This document shows positions 53,301-64,000 of a stretch of DNA of 64,000 bases, in pieces. The first letter of the stretch is position 1. Each line of letters begins with the position of its first letter. The DNA is taken from contig OX597814.1 of the NCBI GenBank assembly GCA_951406725.2, positions 163,184,001 to 163,248,000 on the forward strand, given 5' to 3'. Made by a program: the position numbers and the translations under genes. Under the pieces are notes generated by a model. It was given only the letters and a program-made list of their open reading frames with translations. It was not told where the DNA came from and ran no database searches. The DNA comes from Octopus vulgaris (Eukaryota).

Positions 53301-55471
53301 AAATTATATCGAATGTTGTAACTGGTTGTATGTTTTCTTATCAACTCCAGAAAGATAAAGCAAAAATCGACCCAAACGAAATTTGAACTCAGAAAGCAGT
53401 ATTTATATTGACACAATTTCGTGAAATGCAATGTACAGTGAGTAGCGAAAACTGAGCTTCTGTTTCACAGAGCCTCAGCTTGAAGCTATTTTCATTTTAC
53501 TGACAACATTTAGAGATATACCGGGCTGGATAAAAATCAACAGATGTCCTACGTACAGCCTGACACCAACTGTGAATCCTCCTCTACACTTCCATTGACA
53601 ATACAGTGAGGCATAAGTGCTGTTTGTAAAATAATAGATTAAAAATTTGGTTTTCTCACAAGCTAAACTCAACAGCATTTTAGATTTGATACTAAATAGC
53701 GCAGGCAACAAGAACAATCCACAATTTTCGATACAATTTATTAGAAGGGAAAAATACAAGTACTGAAATTTATCGGAAACTATTTTTTCAATAGAAATCA
53801 ATTTTGGTAGTCATTTATTGGAAAAATATATTTTTGTGCGTAAAAAAATTATTTGTACAAAGCAAAATATCTTTTATTCAATTGTTTTCAAACCTTGAGG
53901 ATATATAGCATTTCAACACAAAATATTATTACTTAATGCTGCTTACTTTTATACTTTAATATGTTTAAAATATTTTCTTGTTATATATATAATTGTGAAG
54001 GATTTTTAAAGGATTAGTAAGACAATCAAACTTGCTAAAGTTTGGACACTATAGTTAATTTGAAACTTAAGTAACTGAATTTGGAAATTCACTAAATCTT
54101 AGCCATTTGGATCTGCTTTAAGAATAATACAACATTGGCTAGGTAGCCTTCATAATCTATAACATAAATTAGACTATTTTTTTGTTTTTGTTTGCTTAAT
54201 CCAATTTATTGTAACAGCTTGGCAGAGATTAATTCACATGTGTACGATGTTTTATTTAACAAATATTGTCATTGCCTTTAGCACAATATATTTTTATAGT
54301 TAAAATAACTACACCTTCACTTTGTTTATAGATAAAAATTTAAAAATTAATGAGAAATTCAGGAAGCGTATTACTTACGGCAAATGATGAAGCATTAAAA
54401 TAGACTAATTTCCTAATTCAAAATGCAAACAACACAGTAAACGAATAAAGTGGCATACATAGATAACCATAGCCGTCACTCATATGCATATGTTTTTGTT
54501 TTGTGTGTTTGTTTGTTTGTTTTAATTATTACGACCACATTTTGAGGTGGCCTACTTCTTTTGCAGTTTGCACCATTATAGATCCGGTACCGAAAAGATA
54601 AAAACGAACATTGATACCCTATTCCTTCGATGCACTAAGAAAGTAGTTATTTAGCTCAATGATTAATCCGTTATCAAGTATATACTAAGGGAAAATATGT
54701 TCGTTATCCCTCCAGTTCCTTAAAACATTGGTTTCAAATTTTAGCACAAGGCCAGCAATCTTGGAGGAGAGAGAAAGTCGATTGTATTGACCTAATGGTT
54801 TCATTATTCTGCCAGCTCACCGCCTTATTCTTCATTAAAATATTGATTTCAAATTTTGGTACAAGGCTAGCAATTTACGGGGTAGGGGTAAGTCGATTAT
54901 GTCGACCCCGGTGCTCAACCGGTACTTATTTTATCGAACCCGAAGGGATGAAAGGCAAAGTCAACCTCAGCAGCATTTGAACTCAGAAGATGCGGACGGA
55001 CGAAATATCGTGCTAATGATTCCGCCAGCTCACCGCTTTATTCTTCTTAGAAATATAGGTTGTTTGTAAGACGGTGAACTGGCAGAATTGTTAGCACGTT
55101 CGCATTTCGTCCATCTTTACATTCTGAGTTCAAATTCCGCCGCGGCCGACTTTGTGTGTGTATATCGACCCCTTTCCAAGTCGATAAAATAAGTACAAGT
55201 TGAAAAGAGGGGTCGATGCTGGTTGCTGCCCTTGTGTCAAAATTTAGAACCAACATTGGAACTTTGTAAGAAATAACACAATACCTTATACTTTTTTTTT
55301 TTATTATTTGCAGATGCCTTGTGCTTCGACAATTCTTTTAGTATGATGACTTCAAAGAATGTCCGTTATACTGCAGAAGTTATGAATCCTGAAATTGATG
55401 TTTTGAAAGACGATCTTGATAAAATGATCAAAGACAGCACTTGGGATGAACTTTCTGCTCAAATCAATTAG
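32370..55471 (+). CDS. RALBP: Retinal-binding protein (SEC14-like, CRAL-TRIO + GOLD), spliced CDS join(32370..32429,36186..36374,38316..38391,41280..41360,42993..43076,44261..44367,46834..46973,51198..51346,55314..55471), 347 aa
   Basis: All 8 introns are GT..AG with compatible phases (0,0,1,1,1,0,2,1), and the exons sum to 1044 nt with no internal stop. Translation: [37 protein letters not shown]...[69 protein letters not shown]...LPAYLGGT...[13 protein letters not shown]...[13 protein letters not shown]...WDELSAQIN*. It carries CRAL-TRIO motifs (ENYP/DNYP, NAP..F, LP.YLGG) and GOLD motifs (DIGFG, PG.Y.L.FDN). The match to squid RALBP is from memory; this is not human RALBP1. Confidence 0.93.
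32506..32710 (+). mobile_element. SINE family 1, diverged, intronic
   Basis: GATGGCGAGCTGCCGGAAACGTTAG head with central domain and tail. Confidence 0.75.
33240..33590 (-). mobile_element. SINE family 3 (GGCTGTGTGGTAAG...GGTTCAGTCCCACTG head)
   Basis: Same head and tail as the copies at 50065-50500 and 59040-59450. Confidence 0.85.
34145..34545 (-). mobile_element. SINE family 1 dimer, intronic
   Basis: Flanked by the direct repeat GGGAAAATATTGA (about 34133 and 34552). Confidence 0.88.
36186..36374 (+). CDS. RALBP: RALBP coding exon 2 (VIQKYMTGG...LEGETEK)
   Basis: Acceptor ttttgtag ends at 36185, donor gtagaa at 36375; 189 nt; overlaps track ORF 36201..36410. Confidence 0.93.
36690..37410. 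repeat. Highly degenerate roughly 40-bp minisatellite (GTAGGACT...TCCAGTACCTACA..TAA-like units)
   Basis: Recurrent TAGGAC and CTACA(C/T)TT motifs at about 40-bp spacing; split by a SINE. Confidence 0.55.
37081..37327 (-). mobile_element. SINE family 2-related with a different tail
   Basis: 13-bp TSD GATATACCTAATA at 37068 and 37328; inserted into a degenerate minisatellite. Confidence 0.85.
38316..38391 (+). CDS. RALBP: RALBP coding exon 3 ([25 protein letters not shown])
   Basis: Acceptor tttttgcag, donor gtaagt; 76 nt. Confidence 0.93.
38474..38640 (+). mobile_element. SINE family 3-related head, diverged
   Basis: GGTTCGATCCCAC B-box and GGATAGACGGAAACTG motif. Confidence 0.65.
40200..41180. 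mobile_element. Possible old non-autonomous DNA transposon with 15-bp subterminal repeats, interrupted by a SINE
   Basis: The left end has GGACAA/GGATAATT/GACAATTACC units about 15 bp apart; the right end has the inverse TAATTGCC/AATTATCC/GTCGTCC units. Confidence 0.4.
40703..41029 (+). mobile_element. SINE family 2, full length
   Basis: A-box TGGCTCAGTGG, B-box GAGTTCGATTC; TSD AGTATTTA(C/T)TTGTG at 40689 and 41030. Confidence 0.92.
41280..41360 (+). CDS. RALBP: RALBP coding exon 4 ([27 protein letters not shown])
   Basis: Acceptor tacttacag, donor gtaagg; 81 nt. Confidence 0.93.
42993..43076 (+). CDS. RALBP: RALBP coding exon 5 ([28 protein letters not shown])
   Basis: Acceptor cttttcag, donor gtaagt; 84 nt. 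Confidence 0.94.
44261..44367 (+). CDS. RALBP: RALBP coding exon 6 ([36 protein letters not shown])
   Basis: Acceptor gttttcag, donor gtaagt; 107 nt. Confidence 0.94.
46205..46500 (-). mobile_element. SINE family 2
   Basis: Reverse complement of the 40703 copy. Confidence 0.88.
46834..46973 (+). CDS. RALBP: RALBP coding exon 7 ([13 protein letters not shown]...EKEDSFL)
   Basis: Acceptor tattttcag, donor gtaagt; 140 nt. Confidence 0.94.
47188..47295 (-). ncRNA. Type I hammerhead ribozyme motif (Penelope/retrozyme-like), antisense in RALBP intron
   Basis: The minus strand reads ggctaact-CTGATGA-gcgtaagg...cctagcac-GAAA-ccgattg-GTA-agatcagcc. Core boxes are intact, stem III is near-palindromic (ACCGATTGGT), and stem I is GGCT/AGCC extended by TCCAT/ATGGA. 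Confidence 0.7.
49715..50050 (-). mobile_element. SINE family 2
   Basis: Reverse complement of the 40703 copy. Confidence 0.88.
50065..50500 (-). mobile_element. SINE family 3 with internal (CA)n(TA)n
   Basis: Full head and tail. Confidence 0.88.
50778..51010 (-). mobile_element. SINE family 1, full length, intronic
   Basis: Flanked by the direct repeat CTATATATATGTATGT. Confidence 0.9.
51198..51346 (+). CDS. RALBP: RALBP coding exon 8 ([14 protein letters not shown]...CKDPGT), GOLD domain
   Basis: Acceptor ttttttag, donor gtaagt; 149 nt; absent from the ORF track on the + strand. Confidence 0.94.
51360..51678. repeat. (GGT/GTT)-rich low-complexity tract with roughly 41-bp tandem units
   Basis: GGTGATACTAGCTGTGTGTTGTTG-like motif recurs 4 times. 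Confidence 0.85.
54725..55256. mobile_element. SINE family 1 cluster immediately upstream of the last exon (minus, minus, plus)
   Basis: Head, central-domain and tail motifs in both orientations. Confidence 0.8.
55314..55471 (+). CDS. RALBP: RALBP coding exon 9 ([10 protein letters not shown]...WDELSAQIN*)
   Basis: Acceptor tatttgcag; TAG at 55469-55471. Confidence 0.93.
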
Positions 55472-56323
55472 ATTAATATATAAAATTAATATATAAATCT
55501 AAACGCACTCACTAACATACATACATGCATACCCGTATAAACAAAAACCTCGTTGTTAGAAGCAGAGATATGTTGATAGAGAAATTCAATCCCAGCAATA
55601 TTAGTAACAACTAGGAGTTGGACAGTAAAAGCAACATTGACAACGAACTTCTTCTATAGAATCTTCCTCTATAGAATGTTTCATTGAAATATCTAAAGTA
55701 ATTTCCATAACCTTCTGAAATATCCTTCAGAAAAATGGTACAAAACTAACAATATATTGATTTTTATTTGAAGATAAAATTGGTATTGTGCTTCAGATAT
55801 TTCAGATTTGTTTCGGCCCGTGGTGGCACATATCAACTCTAACTTTAATCCATGCCTATCTTACATGACATTTAGAACATTTTGGAGAACTTAAACCAAA
55901 ATATCATGATTCTATTTAAAATACAATAATATCAATAACGGAAAGAAATGCCAATCGTTTGCTGTTGTTGTTTTTCTAATATTCAATGGATCATTAAAAT
56001 TAATATGATAAACTAACACTATTTTAATAATAGTGTTAATAATAATAATAATAATAATATTTTTTCTTTTATTAGCCACAAGGGTTCACATACAAAAACA
56101 TTAAATGACAGACAACAGCATAAAAGACAAAAACTGAACGATATAATAATAGTAAGGATTATAACGCTAGTGATAAGTTATTAGCGACTTTGAATGAGTC
56201 GACAAATCTCCTGTTGTTACTAATACCGATGTTACTGATATCAACTTATGACAATTGTTTTAAATGCTTCCTTTTCGCTATTATTCATTTTTTTAATGTA
56301 TCTTCTAAACCTTCATCTTTTCA

Positions 56324-56732
56324 AATAAAGATAGAGCATAAATAAATTATTTCTTGCTTTTTTTCTTGTTCTATATATGTATTCCTGTATTCAAATACGT
56401 CTATATGTGTAACCGCATATAAAAACGACAGGAATATAAGTTTAATATCCTGTATGGCAATTCTCTTGACCAAAATATAAACAGCTATACAGTTGATATA
56501 AGAGATCAACTATATAATTGTTTGAAAGTTCAAATATTTTACTCCCATAACGTAGATTATTTATGATATTTTTGGTCTTTTTTTATTTTCAGTATACTGC
56601 CGCATCATATTTACATTATCAGAATCATACATTTTTTTTCTTATACAAACACTTTAAAATATTTTTGAATGAGTGTATGGGGAAACATCCTGAATCTATT
56701 TTTTTTCACAAAAATTATATTTATAAAATAAA
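56324..56732 (+). terminator. Candidate polyadenylation signals of RALBP
   Basis: AATAAA at about 56324, 56341 and 56727 downstream of the stop codon. Which one is used cannot be determined in AT-rich DNA. Confidence 0.25.
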
Positions 56733-56737
56733 GGCAT

Positions 56738-56801
56738 GTCATATGTTATAGGGCGTCATATGTTATGTCATATGTTATGTCATATGTTATGTCATATGTT
56801 A
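56738..56801. repeat. 12-bp tandem GTCATATGTTAT, about 5 copies
   Basis: Seen directly. Confidence 0.9.
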
Positions 56802-57605
56802 TAGGTATTGAAAAGAAGGTATAAAAGTATAGAGAAAAAAAATATTAAATGGACGATGGCTGTATAGAGACAGTGGGGGATGGCAGAAGCATTTGTATCG
56901 ACTACCAGATGGTGGCTTGGACAAATTTTTCAAAAGTACTTCCGCTCCTGTAAACAAGGTATACACTTTAAGTATATTTGAAGCATGAAGTACACACACA
57001 CACACACACAACATTGAGGATTCGACCATCAAAACTAAGGCTCCAAATCTATATCGAAGACACCGCTTGTGGAAGACATCAAGCTGGTTGATTTGTGACC
57101 GGTATAGAACCCAAGACTCAGAACCATAGAGTAAAATGGACGAGACGACTGCTCACTGGACACTGACCTTTATTTTCAACGAAATTTCTCTGTTGCTCCA
57201 CAACCGATGATGAAATTTACCAAAAGAATCAGTGGCTTTAAAAATGCGGTTGGTGTCCCACAAGAGTTGACAACACTACCTAGGTAACAGAAGTTTTTTT
57301 TTTTTACATATTCAAGACTTTTGTTGTCAAGTGTGATAGGTTCAGGAAATGGATGAGAAAGAGGAGGCTGTTTTACACCCCGGATTTGCCTAGGTTGATG
57401 TATTATTTTAGTTTTCTTAATGCTAATGGTGGGGCCAAAGGCTTTACACGCAAAAGAGAAACGATCAAGAAGCTCTTGTGCTTAAGAAAGGGATGTTGCA
57501 ACAAGAGCGGCACCATTTGCAAAAAGAAGCTCCCTAATAAGATGATTTCATATAAGTGTTTTGATCTTAAAATTTTGTTGATTGAAGTGGTTCGGAGTTG
57601 AAACT

Positions 57606-57745
57606 TTACACTTTCCTCAACGTCAGCAAAAGCATGTCACAACATGACAGAGAGAAAAAAAATGCAAAAAGAACTGGTGCCAACACACAACCTTGTTTTG
57701 TTCCGTTTGAGACATCAAAGGCGTCAGACAATTGACCATCTGAGT
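57606..57745 (-). mobile_element. RTE-clade LINE RT fragment
   Basis: DGQLSDAFDVSNGTKQGCVLAPVLF matches the RTE/BovB-type RT motif G.KQGCVLAP.LF. Confidence 0.8.
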
Positions 57746-58566
57746 GCGGCATGAGGACAAAAAAGCAGAAAGACAGAAAATTAACTGGTTTAAACAAAAT
57801 TGAAGATCATCGTAGGGTGCGGAATAGTGAAGTAGAGTAACCCTAATGAGCCTTTTTATGTTTTAGAGTGTCGGGAAAGGTGAAAAGAAGGAAAAGAACA
57901 GAAGGCATGGCATGAATGACATCCGCAAAACAAAATGACATCCGTTAAACGCACTCAAAAATCAGGTGGTGGTATTAAACCTGACAACGGATTAAGTCAA
58001 CCGAATCAGAATGCAAAGAGCCAGAATAAATACCGCAAGGCATCTCGCCCAAAACTCTAGCAATTCTGCAATACACCACTCTAGACTATCACACAGGATT
58101 TTAATACAAAGCTGAGAAAGTCGGAACAAGCTCCGCAAGATATTTAATCCAACCTTCTAACTACTCTGCCAGATTTAGACCTAAGCTAATTAAGCTACAG
58201 CTTATGTTTCACAATTTACAAGGACCTCAAAATAATTAAACACCATGTATGGTTGCAATTTTTATGAGATCTTCCTGTGTAATTTTTAACCGGGTCCTAC
58301 AAACTTTATACTGCTTAGTATCTCACTATGCTTTAAATCCAACATTTGATAGGGGCAGTCAAATCGTTCGTGTTCAGTGGTTAGAAAACTACTCAGAAAC
58401 ACATGTGCATGCACTCAATAACACAAATGAGAGTATAAAAAAGCAACACCATGAGTTCTAAAAAAGTAAAAGAACGGAGATGTTATGTAAGAGGAAGGAA
58501 AATGACTAGAAGCAGAAAAAAGCATTCGTTGGTGTTTGGGTGCCTTGCGGTATATATAAATTCGTA

Positions 58567-58798
58567 GGGCGGCGAACTGGCAGAAACGTTAGCACGCCGG
58601 GCGAAATACGTAACCTATTTCGTCTGCCGTTACGTTCTGAGTTCAAATTCCGCCGTGGTCGACTTTGCCTTCCATCCTTTCGGGGTCGATAAACTAAAGT
58701 ACCAGTTACGCACTGGGGTCGATGTAATCGACTTAATCCCTTCGTCTGTCCTTGTTTGTCTCCTCTGTGTTTAGCCCCTTGTGGTTAGTAAAGAAATA
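58567..58798 (+). mobile_element. SINE family 1, full length
   Basis: TSD GGTATA(T/C)ATAAATTC at 58549 and 58799. Confidence 0.92.
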
Positions 58799-59039
58799 GG
58801 TATACATAAATTCAACCAAATAGCAGCTCTTTCTTTCTTTATTCTTTCTTTCTCTCTCTCTCTCTCTCTCTCCCCCCTCTCTCTCTCTCTCTCTCATTCT
58901 TTCTCTGTTCCTCTGTGGGATGATCTTGTGCCTCCACTTCTTGAGCACTCCCAACTCTCTTTTATCTCTTTCAGTTGTCACCCATATCGCGTCCACGTAC
59001 CCCAGGTTCCGCAATAACTGCTACTTACAAGTTAGTGAC

Positions 59040-59450
59040 AAGGCGCAGGCATGGGTGAGTGGGAAGAAGTTTACTTCTCAACATCAAGGTTTCAGGTTCA
59101 GTCCCATTGCATGGCACCTTGGGCAAGTGCCTTCTACTATAGTTCCGGAGCGACCAAAGCCTTGTGATTGGATTTGGCAGAAGAAAGGTGAAAGAAGCTT
59201 GTGGTATGCATGTATGCATGTATGCGTGCGCGCATGCGTATGTTTTCTGTTCCCGCCACCGCTTGACAACCGGTGCTAATTTGTTTATGATCCCGTAACT
59301 TAGCGTTTCAGCAAAAGAGATCCATAGAATTAATACCAGACTTAAATATAAGTACTGAGGCGATTTGTTCGACTAAAAACCTTCAAGGCAATGCCCCAGC
59401 ATGGTCGCAGTCCAACGACTGAAACAAGTAAAAGATAAAGGATAAAAGAT
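59040..59450 (+). mobile_element. SINE family 3, full length
   Basis: Head GGCGCAGGCATGG, tail CAGCATGGTCGCAGTC...AAAAGATAAAG. Confidence 0.85.
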
Positions 59451-60616
59451 ACGTCATGTAGTGAAGAAAATTATCTACTTAAGTGATAATACTGATGCGG
59501 TCATGGAAAGAAAATATCAACCCAGTAACTAATAAGATTTTATCTGATCTTAGTAAAATCGGGCGACAGCTTCGGACAGATTTCGTTAAATCTCCTCGCT
59601 AAATCTCCTCGGCAAAATATAGCTTTTCTTCATATGTATAGTATTGTACATGAGTCATCATCGAAAATGATAATAATGACTTAATTCTAATCATCAGACC
59701 AAGATTTTTCTTTTCACAGCATAATTAACAAATTAGGTTGTTCCAAAGACATGCCCGCGCGCACCATGCTGAATATCAATAATATAAAATTAAATTAAAT
59801 TAGTTCACCCATCAAAGATTTTAACAATTTAAGACGATTCAGTACTGAAAATATTGCTAAATTTTCTTACAATCACACATGTTCGTCTGTGGTACAGACA
59901 AGGACCATTAAGTCGTCCTTAGGATGAGTGATGACTTATGCAGTGACATTGTTTAAAGTGAAGCAGTGTTGTGCACCGATAACCTTACTCTCACGTCCCT
60001 GACCATTTTCAGTCCAGTGATAAGACCAAGTCAAGACGACTGAGGGTGAAGATGGATGTATTTGACCAACATGGTCTCTGTAACCGCTTTCCCCTCTGTT
60101 GAACCATGGAAGTTACTTACGCAGAATCCGCTGGATTTCAGCCTTCACATGCGTAAGTACGCAAGGTTTAATATTTTAATAAACCCATAGCTGAGACCCT
60201 GACGGATAGTAGTACTCTGGATAAGAGCAGACCTGGGAACAATAATGGCTAAGTAATGGTTCCACACTTTTCAAAGCCTTGACACTCCCGAACCAGGCCC
60301 CCACTTCCGGATGCAATATAAAGTCATACCTAGAACAACATAATGCTACAAACAATAATGATGCTATGAAGCAAAACTCTGTGGACTTAGATTCACCAAA
60401 TGGCTTTGAAATAATTGGAAGAGACATCTTATATCAAGATACATGGGTAGCCATTGTGAAAGGTTATGCGGCTTTCTTTCTTGTAAAGATGCTGTGTATG
60501 GGATAACCATTGCTTGTAAGTGGCTTTCTGTTTACAAGAAGAAGTTTCAAAAAATAAGAAAGTGTTAAAGTAGCCTTGAGAGTCTTGGTGTAATACCAAC
60601 TTGTGACTGAAATACC

Positions 60617-61017
60617 CATTTCTTTACTACCCACAAGGGGCTAAACACATAGAGGACAAACAAGGACACACAAACGGATTAAGTCGATTATATCGACCCC
60701 AGTAACTGGTAATTATTTAATCGACCCCGAAAGGATGAAAGGCAAAGTCGACCTCAGCGGAATTTGAACTCAGAACGAAATACCTATTTCTTTACAACTC
60801 ACAAGGGGTTAAACACAGAGAAGACAAACAAGTACAGACAAACGGATTAAGTCGATTACATCGACCCCAGTGCGTAACTGGTACTTATTTAATCGACCCC
60901 GAAAGGATGAAAGGCAAAGTCGACCTCGGCGGAATCTGAACTCAAAACGTAGCGGCAGGCGAAATACCGCTAAGCATGTCGCGCGGCGTACTAACGTTTC
61001 TACCAGCTCGCCGCCTT
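60617..61017 (-). mobile_element. SINE family 1 dimer
   Basis: Perfect 16-bp TSD TTGTGACTGAAATACC at 60601 and 61018. Confidence 0.92.
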
Positions 61018-61312
61018 TTGTGACTGAAATACCGTCAGGTATATAATTCGTTTGCAGCTTGGATAAGAAAAGAGGATAGGTTGTTAAATGTGTGCAGGTT
61101 ACAAAGTTTGTTTAAATACAAACATTGACACACATAGTCCCAGTCAAGTGTTGATTTAGATATTTTCTGGAATGACAGTTGTAACATTATTCTCAACAAT
61201 TGACCTAAAAAAAATACATATTGGCAAATTCCATTGTTCGAAAACAAAATAAAACAAATATGAGTTATCAGTACATCTATCTGAGTCTGTTTGTCTGTTT
61301 GGGTCCATATAC

Positions 61313-61315
<3 letters not shown>

Positions 61316-61364
<49 letters not shown>

Positions 61365-61831
61365 ACACACACACCACACACACACTACACACACGCGCAC
61401 GTGCGCGCACATACACACACATACGTACGTGCGTGCATGCATGCATGCATACATACATACGTACATACATATGTACATACATACATACATACATACATAC
61501 ATACATACATGCATGCATGCATACATACATACATACATATACATACATACGTACATACATACATACATACATACATGCATACGTACATGCCTACATACCT
61601 ACATACATACATACATACATGCATACGTACATACATACATACATACATACATACATGCATACGTACATACATACATACATACATACATACATGCATGCAT
61701 ACATACATACATACATGCATACGTACATACCTACATACCTACCTACATACCTACCTACATACATACATACATACATACATACATACATACATACATACAT
61801 ACATACATACATACATACATACATACATACA
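61316..61831. repeat. Long (CA)n/(ACAT)n compound microsatellite
   Basis: Seen directly. Confidence 0.98.
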
Positions 61832-62214
61832 GCGTGGACTTTCAGAAATTGCAGAAATCTCTTGTCGTTAGATGACGCGTGAGAGTTCTGCAATTTCTTG
61901 CTGAACAACCACACAAATGATTCGCTTATAGTCATCAAATATTTGTGGTCACATAAGTACACTCCCTCTATCAAATCGACATTACCTGTACAGATGCACG
62001 ATGCGTCACATGTCAGATGACGAAATGATCGTAGAGCAACGTAAAATTAAATGTTTTGCTCAAGAACATAACACAACGCCTGGTCTGGAAATCGAAATTA
62101 CGATCTCGTAATCGTGAGAGCAACACCCTAACCACTAAGTCATGCGCCTGCACATACATACATACAAACATACATACATACATACATACATACATACATA
62201 CATACATACATACA

Positions 62215-62245
<31 letters not shown>

Positions 62246-62461
62246 CGATTAATACTCTACAACTGATCACGCTATCAGAGGCTATAAAAATCTGCAAGAC
62301 CTTATAATTTAAAGGTGATGGTTAAACCAAGAGACTTTCCTTCACAAGCTTGCCGGTCAAAGTTTACTCTAAATTAAAAGGAAAAAAAAAAGAACATACA
62401 TACATGTGTATTGACACATCCATCCATCCATACATACATACATACATACTGAAATCAACTG

Positions 62462-62540
<79 letters not shown>

Positions 62541-63151
62541 CATATATATATATATATCGCACGCTCTCTCACTCTTCCTCTCTCTCCCTTTCTCTCTCTC
62601 TCCCTCCCCTTTCTCTCTAGTTCGCTCTTTCAGAGCGGTAGTTGATATAAAAGGTGATGTGACGCATAGATTACTTTGGGACAATGAGAGGAAACCCAGC
62701 AGTTTTTTAGTGTAATTGGTGTAAAACTACTTGTTCTAAACGAGTATCAAGAACACACACTCACACATGAATCATAAACTCCGTATTTCGCAAAAAAAAA
62801 TAAATAAAGAGAAGAAATTCTGGAAAAAGTGAAGAAATGTTGGATCTCCGCCATGTGAATCAAAATACGTGTACCACCCTTTAACTAGCAATAATAATAA
62901 CATCAATAACATAACAGCCAAAAGATTTATTTGTTCTGAATATTCACATTCATGTGCACAGTTAAACACACTTACATACAAACAGTCACGCATGCATAAT
63001 ACAGAACGTAACTTTTGATTTTCTGATATTTGTCACGCCCTATATTAACCCAGTTGGTTATCAGTTATATAGATATAGTAGCATATGCTTCATTATAACA
63101 GTGATATTCACAAACCTTTTACCTTTACAAAGAAACTTTTTCAGCACGATG

Positions 63152-63340
63152 CATCTATTATATAAAATCCGTTCTGTCTGTCTGTGTGTGTGTCTTCTAG
63201 GATCTCGGACATCCTCCATCCGATTGCGCTCAAATATGATATGTAGATACCGACGCTATCAAGGTGTGTATAAGTCTTGAAAAACTTACAAAAATTGATT
63301 CCAGGTGAGAATGCGATTGATAAAGCCGTGGGAACGTGCA
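63152..63340 (+). mobile_element. Probable non-autonomous Helitron 5' end
   Basis: Starts A|TCTATTATATAAAATCCG followed by a (CTGT)n/(GT)n tract, the usual 5' signature of animal non-autonomous Helitrons; the 3' end was not located. Confidence 0.5.
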
Positions 63341-63645
63341 TTTGTACGCGCAAGTACATCACCTGTTGCGACTGATACTACGCGTACGCGAGGAATATGT
63401 ACGTGCAGTTTGCGCAAAAAAAGCCGGCTGGCTTGAAATAATGCCACAAAATGGGACGTCGGACAAGTTGCTTTGAGAAAATTTGGTTTAAATGTTTGAC
63501 AACTCAGCACCATCCATTGGACGGAAGTCGTTTTGCTCGTATATCTTAAGAGTACAATTGTATAGTAGTGAACCATTGGTGGTGAAACTAAAATACATCA
63601 TGTTTATATATATTTTCAGTTGCCTCAGTTTCAATTACCATAGTG

Positions 63646-63720
63646 CAGGCATGGGCAATCTGCAGTCCCGGGGGTGGGGGGCGAAATTTTTTTCCCACGA
63701 AAGTTCCGGACCCCAGTTAT
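63646..63720 (+). mobile_element. Possible hAT transposon terminus
   Basis: CAGGCATGGGCAATCTGCAGTCCCG resembles hAT-family TIR starts; no partner end seen. Confidence 0.4.
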
Positions 63721-64000
63721 GAACTCATTTGCATACAGCCAACCAGAGCTCAACTATCAAACTAATTTATGAGCGCAAAACAAGTGATGGGCGATAAGAT
63801 AAGGTCACTTGGGTAAGGAATGACCATGCTTCTTTTCTCTTTTAATTATGCATGTTGTTCGTGTTCTTGTTTCAACCATGGCTGCCTCTGCATAATTATT
63901 TGTGTTGTTGTTTACTTTGTAAAACAGTAAGGGATGAGGGCTGCTAGCACATCACCCTCTACCCACATTTTTCCCATCCACATCTTTACCATATGAGGCC

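Overview
AT-rich, repeat-dense eukaryotic genomic DNA, most likely a coleoid cephalopod (Octopus-like). This is inferred from the gene product and the SINE/microsatellite landscape. There is one host protein-coding gene on the + strand, poorly captured by the ORF track. It has 9 coding exons (32370-55471, 1044 nt, 347 aa) and encodes a CRAL-TRIO + GOLD domain SEC14-like protein that closely matches squid retinal-binding protein (RALBP) as I recall it. A candidate TATA promoter and non-coding first exon lie at about 25350-25681, with clustered homeodomain sites. The rest is mostly mobile DNA: a stack of R4/Dong-type RLE non-LTR retrotransposon fragments in (TAA)n microsatellites, three tRNA-derived SINE families, a decayed Helitron, RTE and CR1-like LINE fragments, and a mariner-type MITE. 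Several Penelope-like fold-back remnants are also present, including an antisense intronic type I hammerhead ribozyme with an intact catalytic core (47188-47295). Almost all ORFs in the supplied track are microsatellite or antisense artefacts. All family names come from motif recognition, not database searches.
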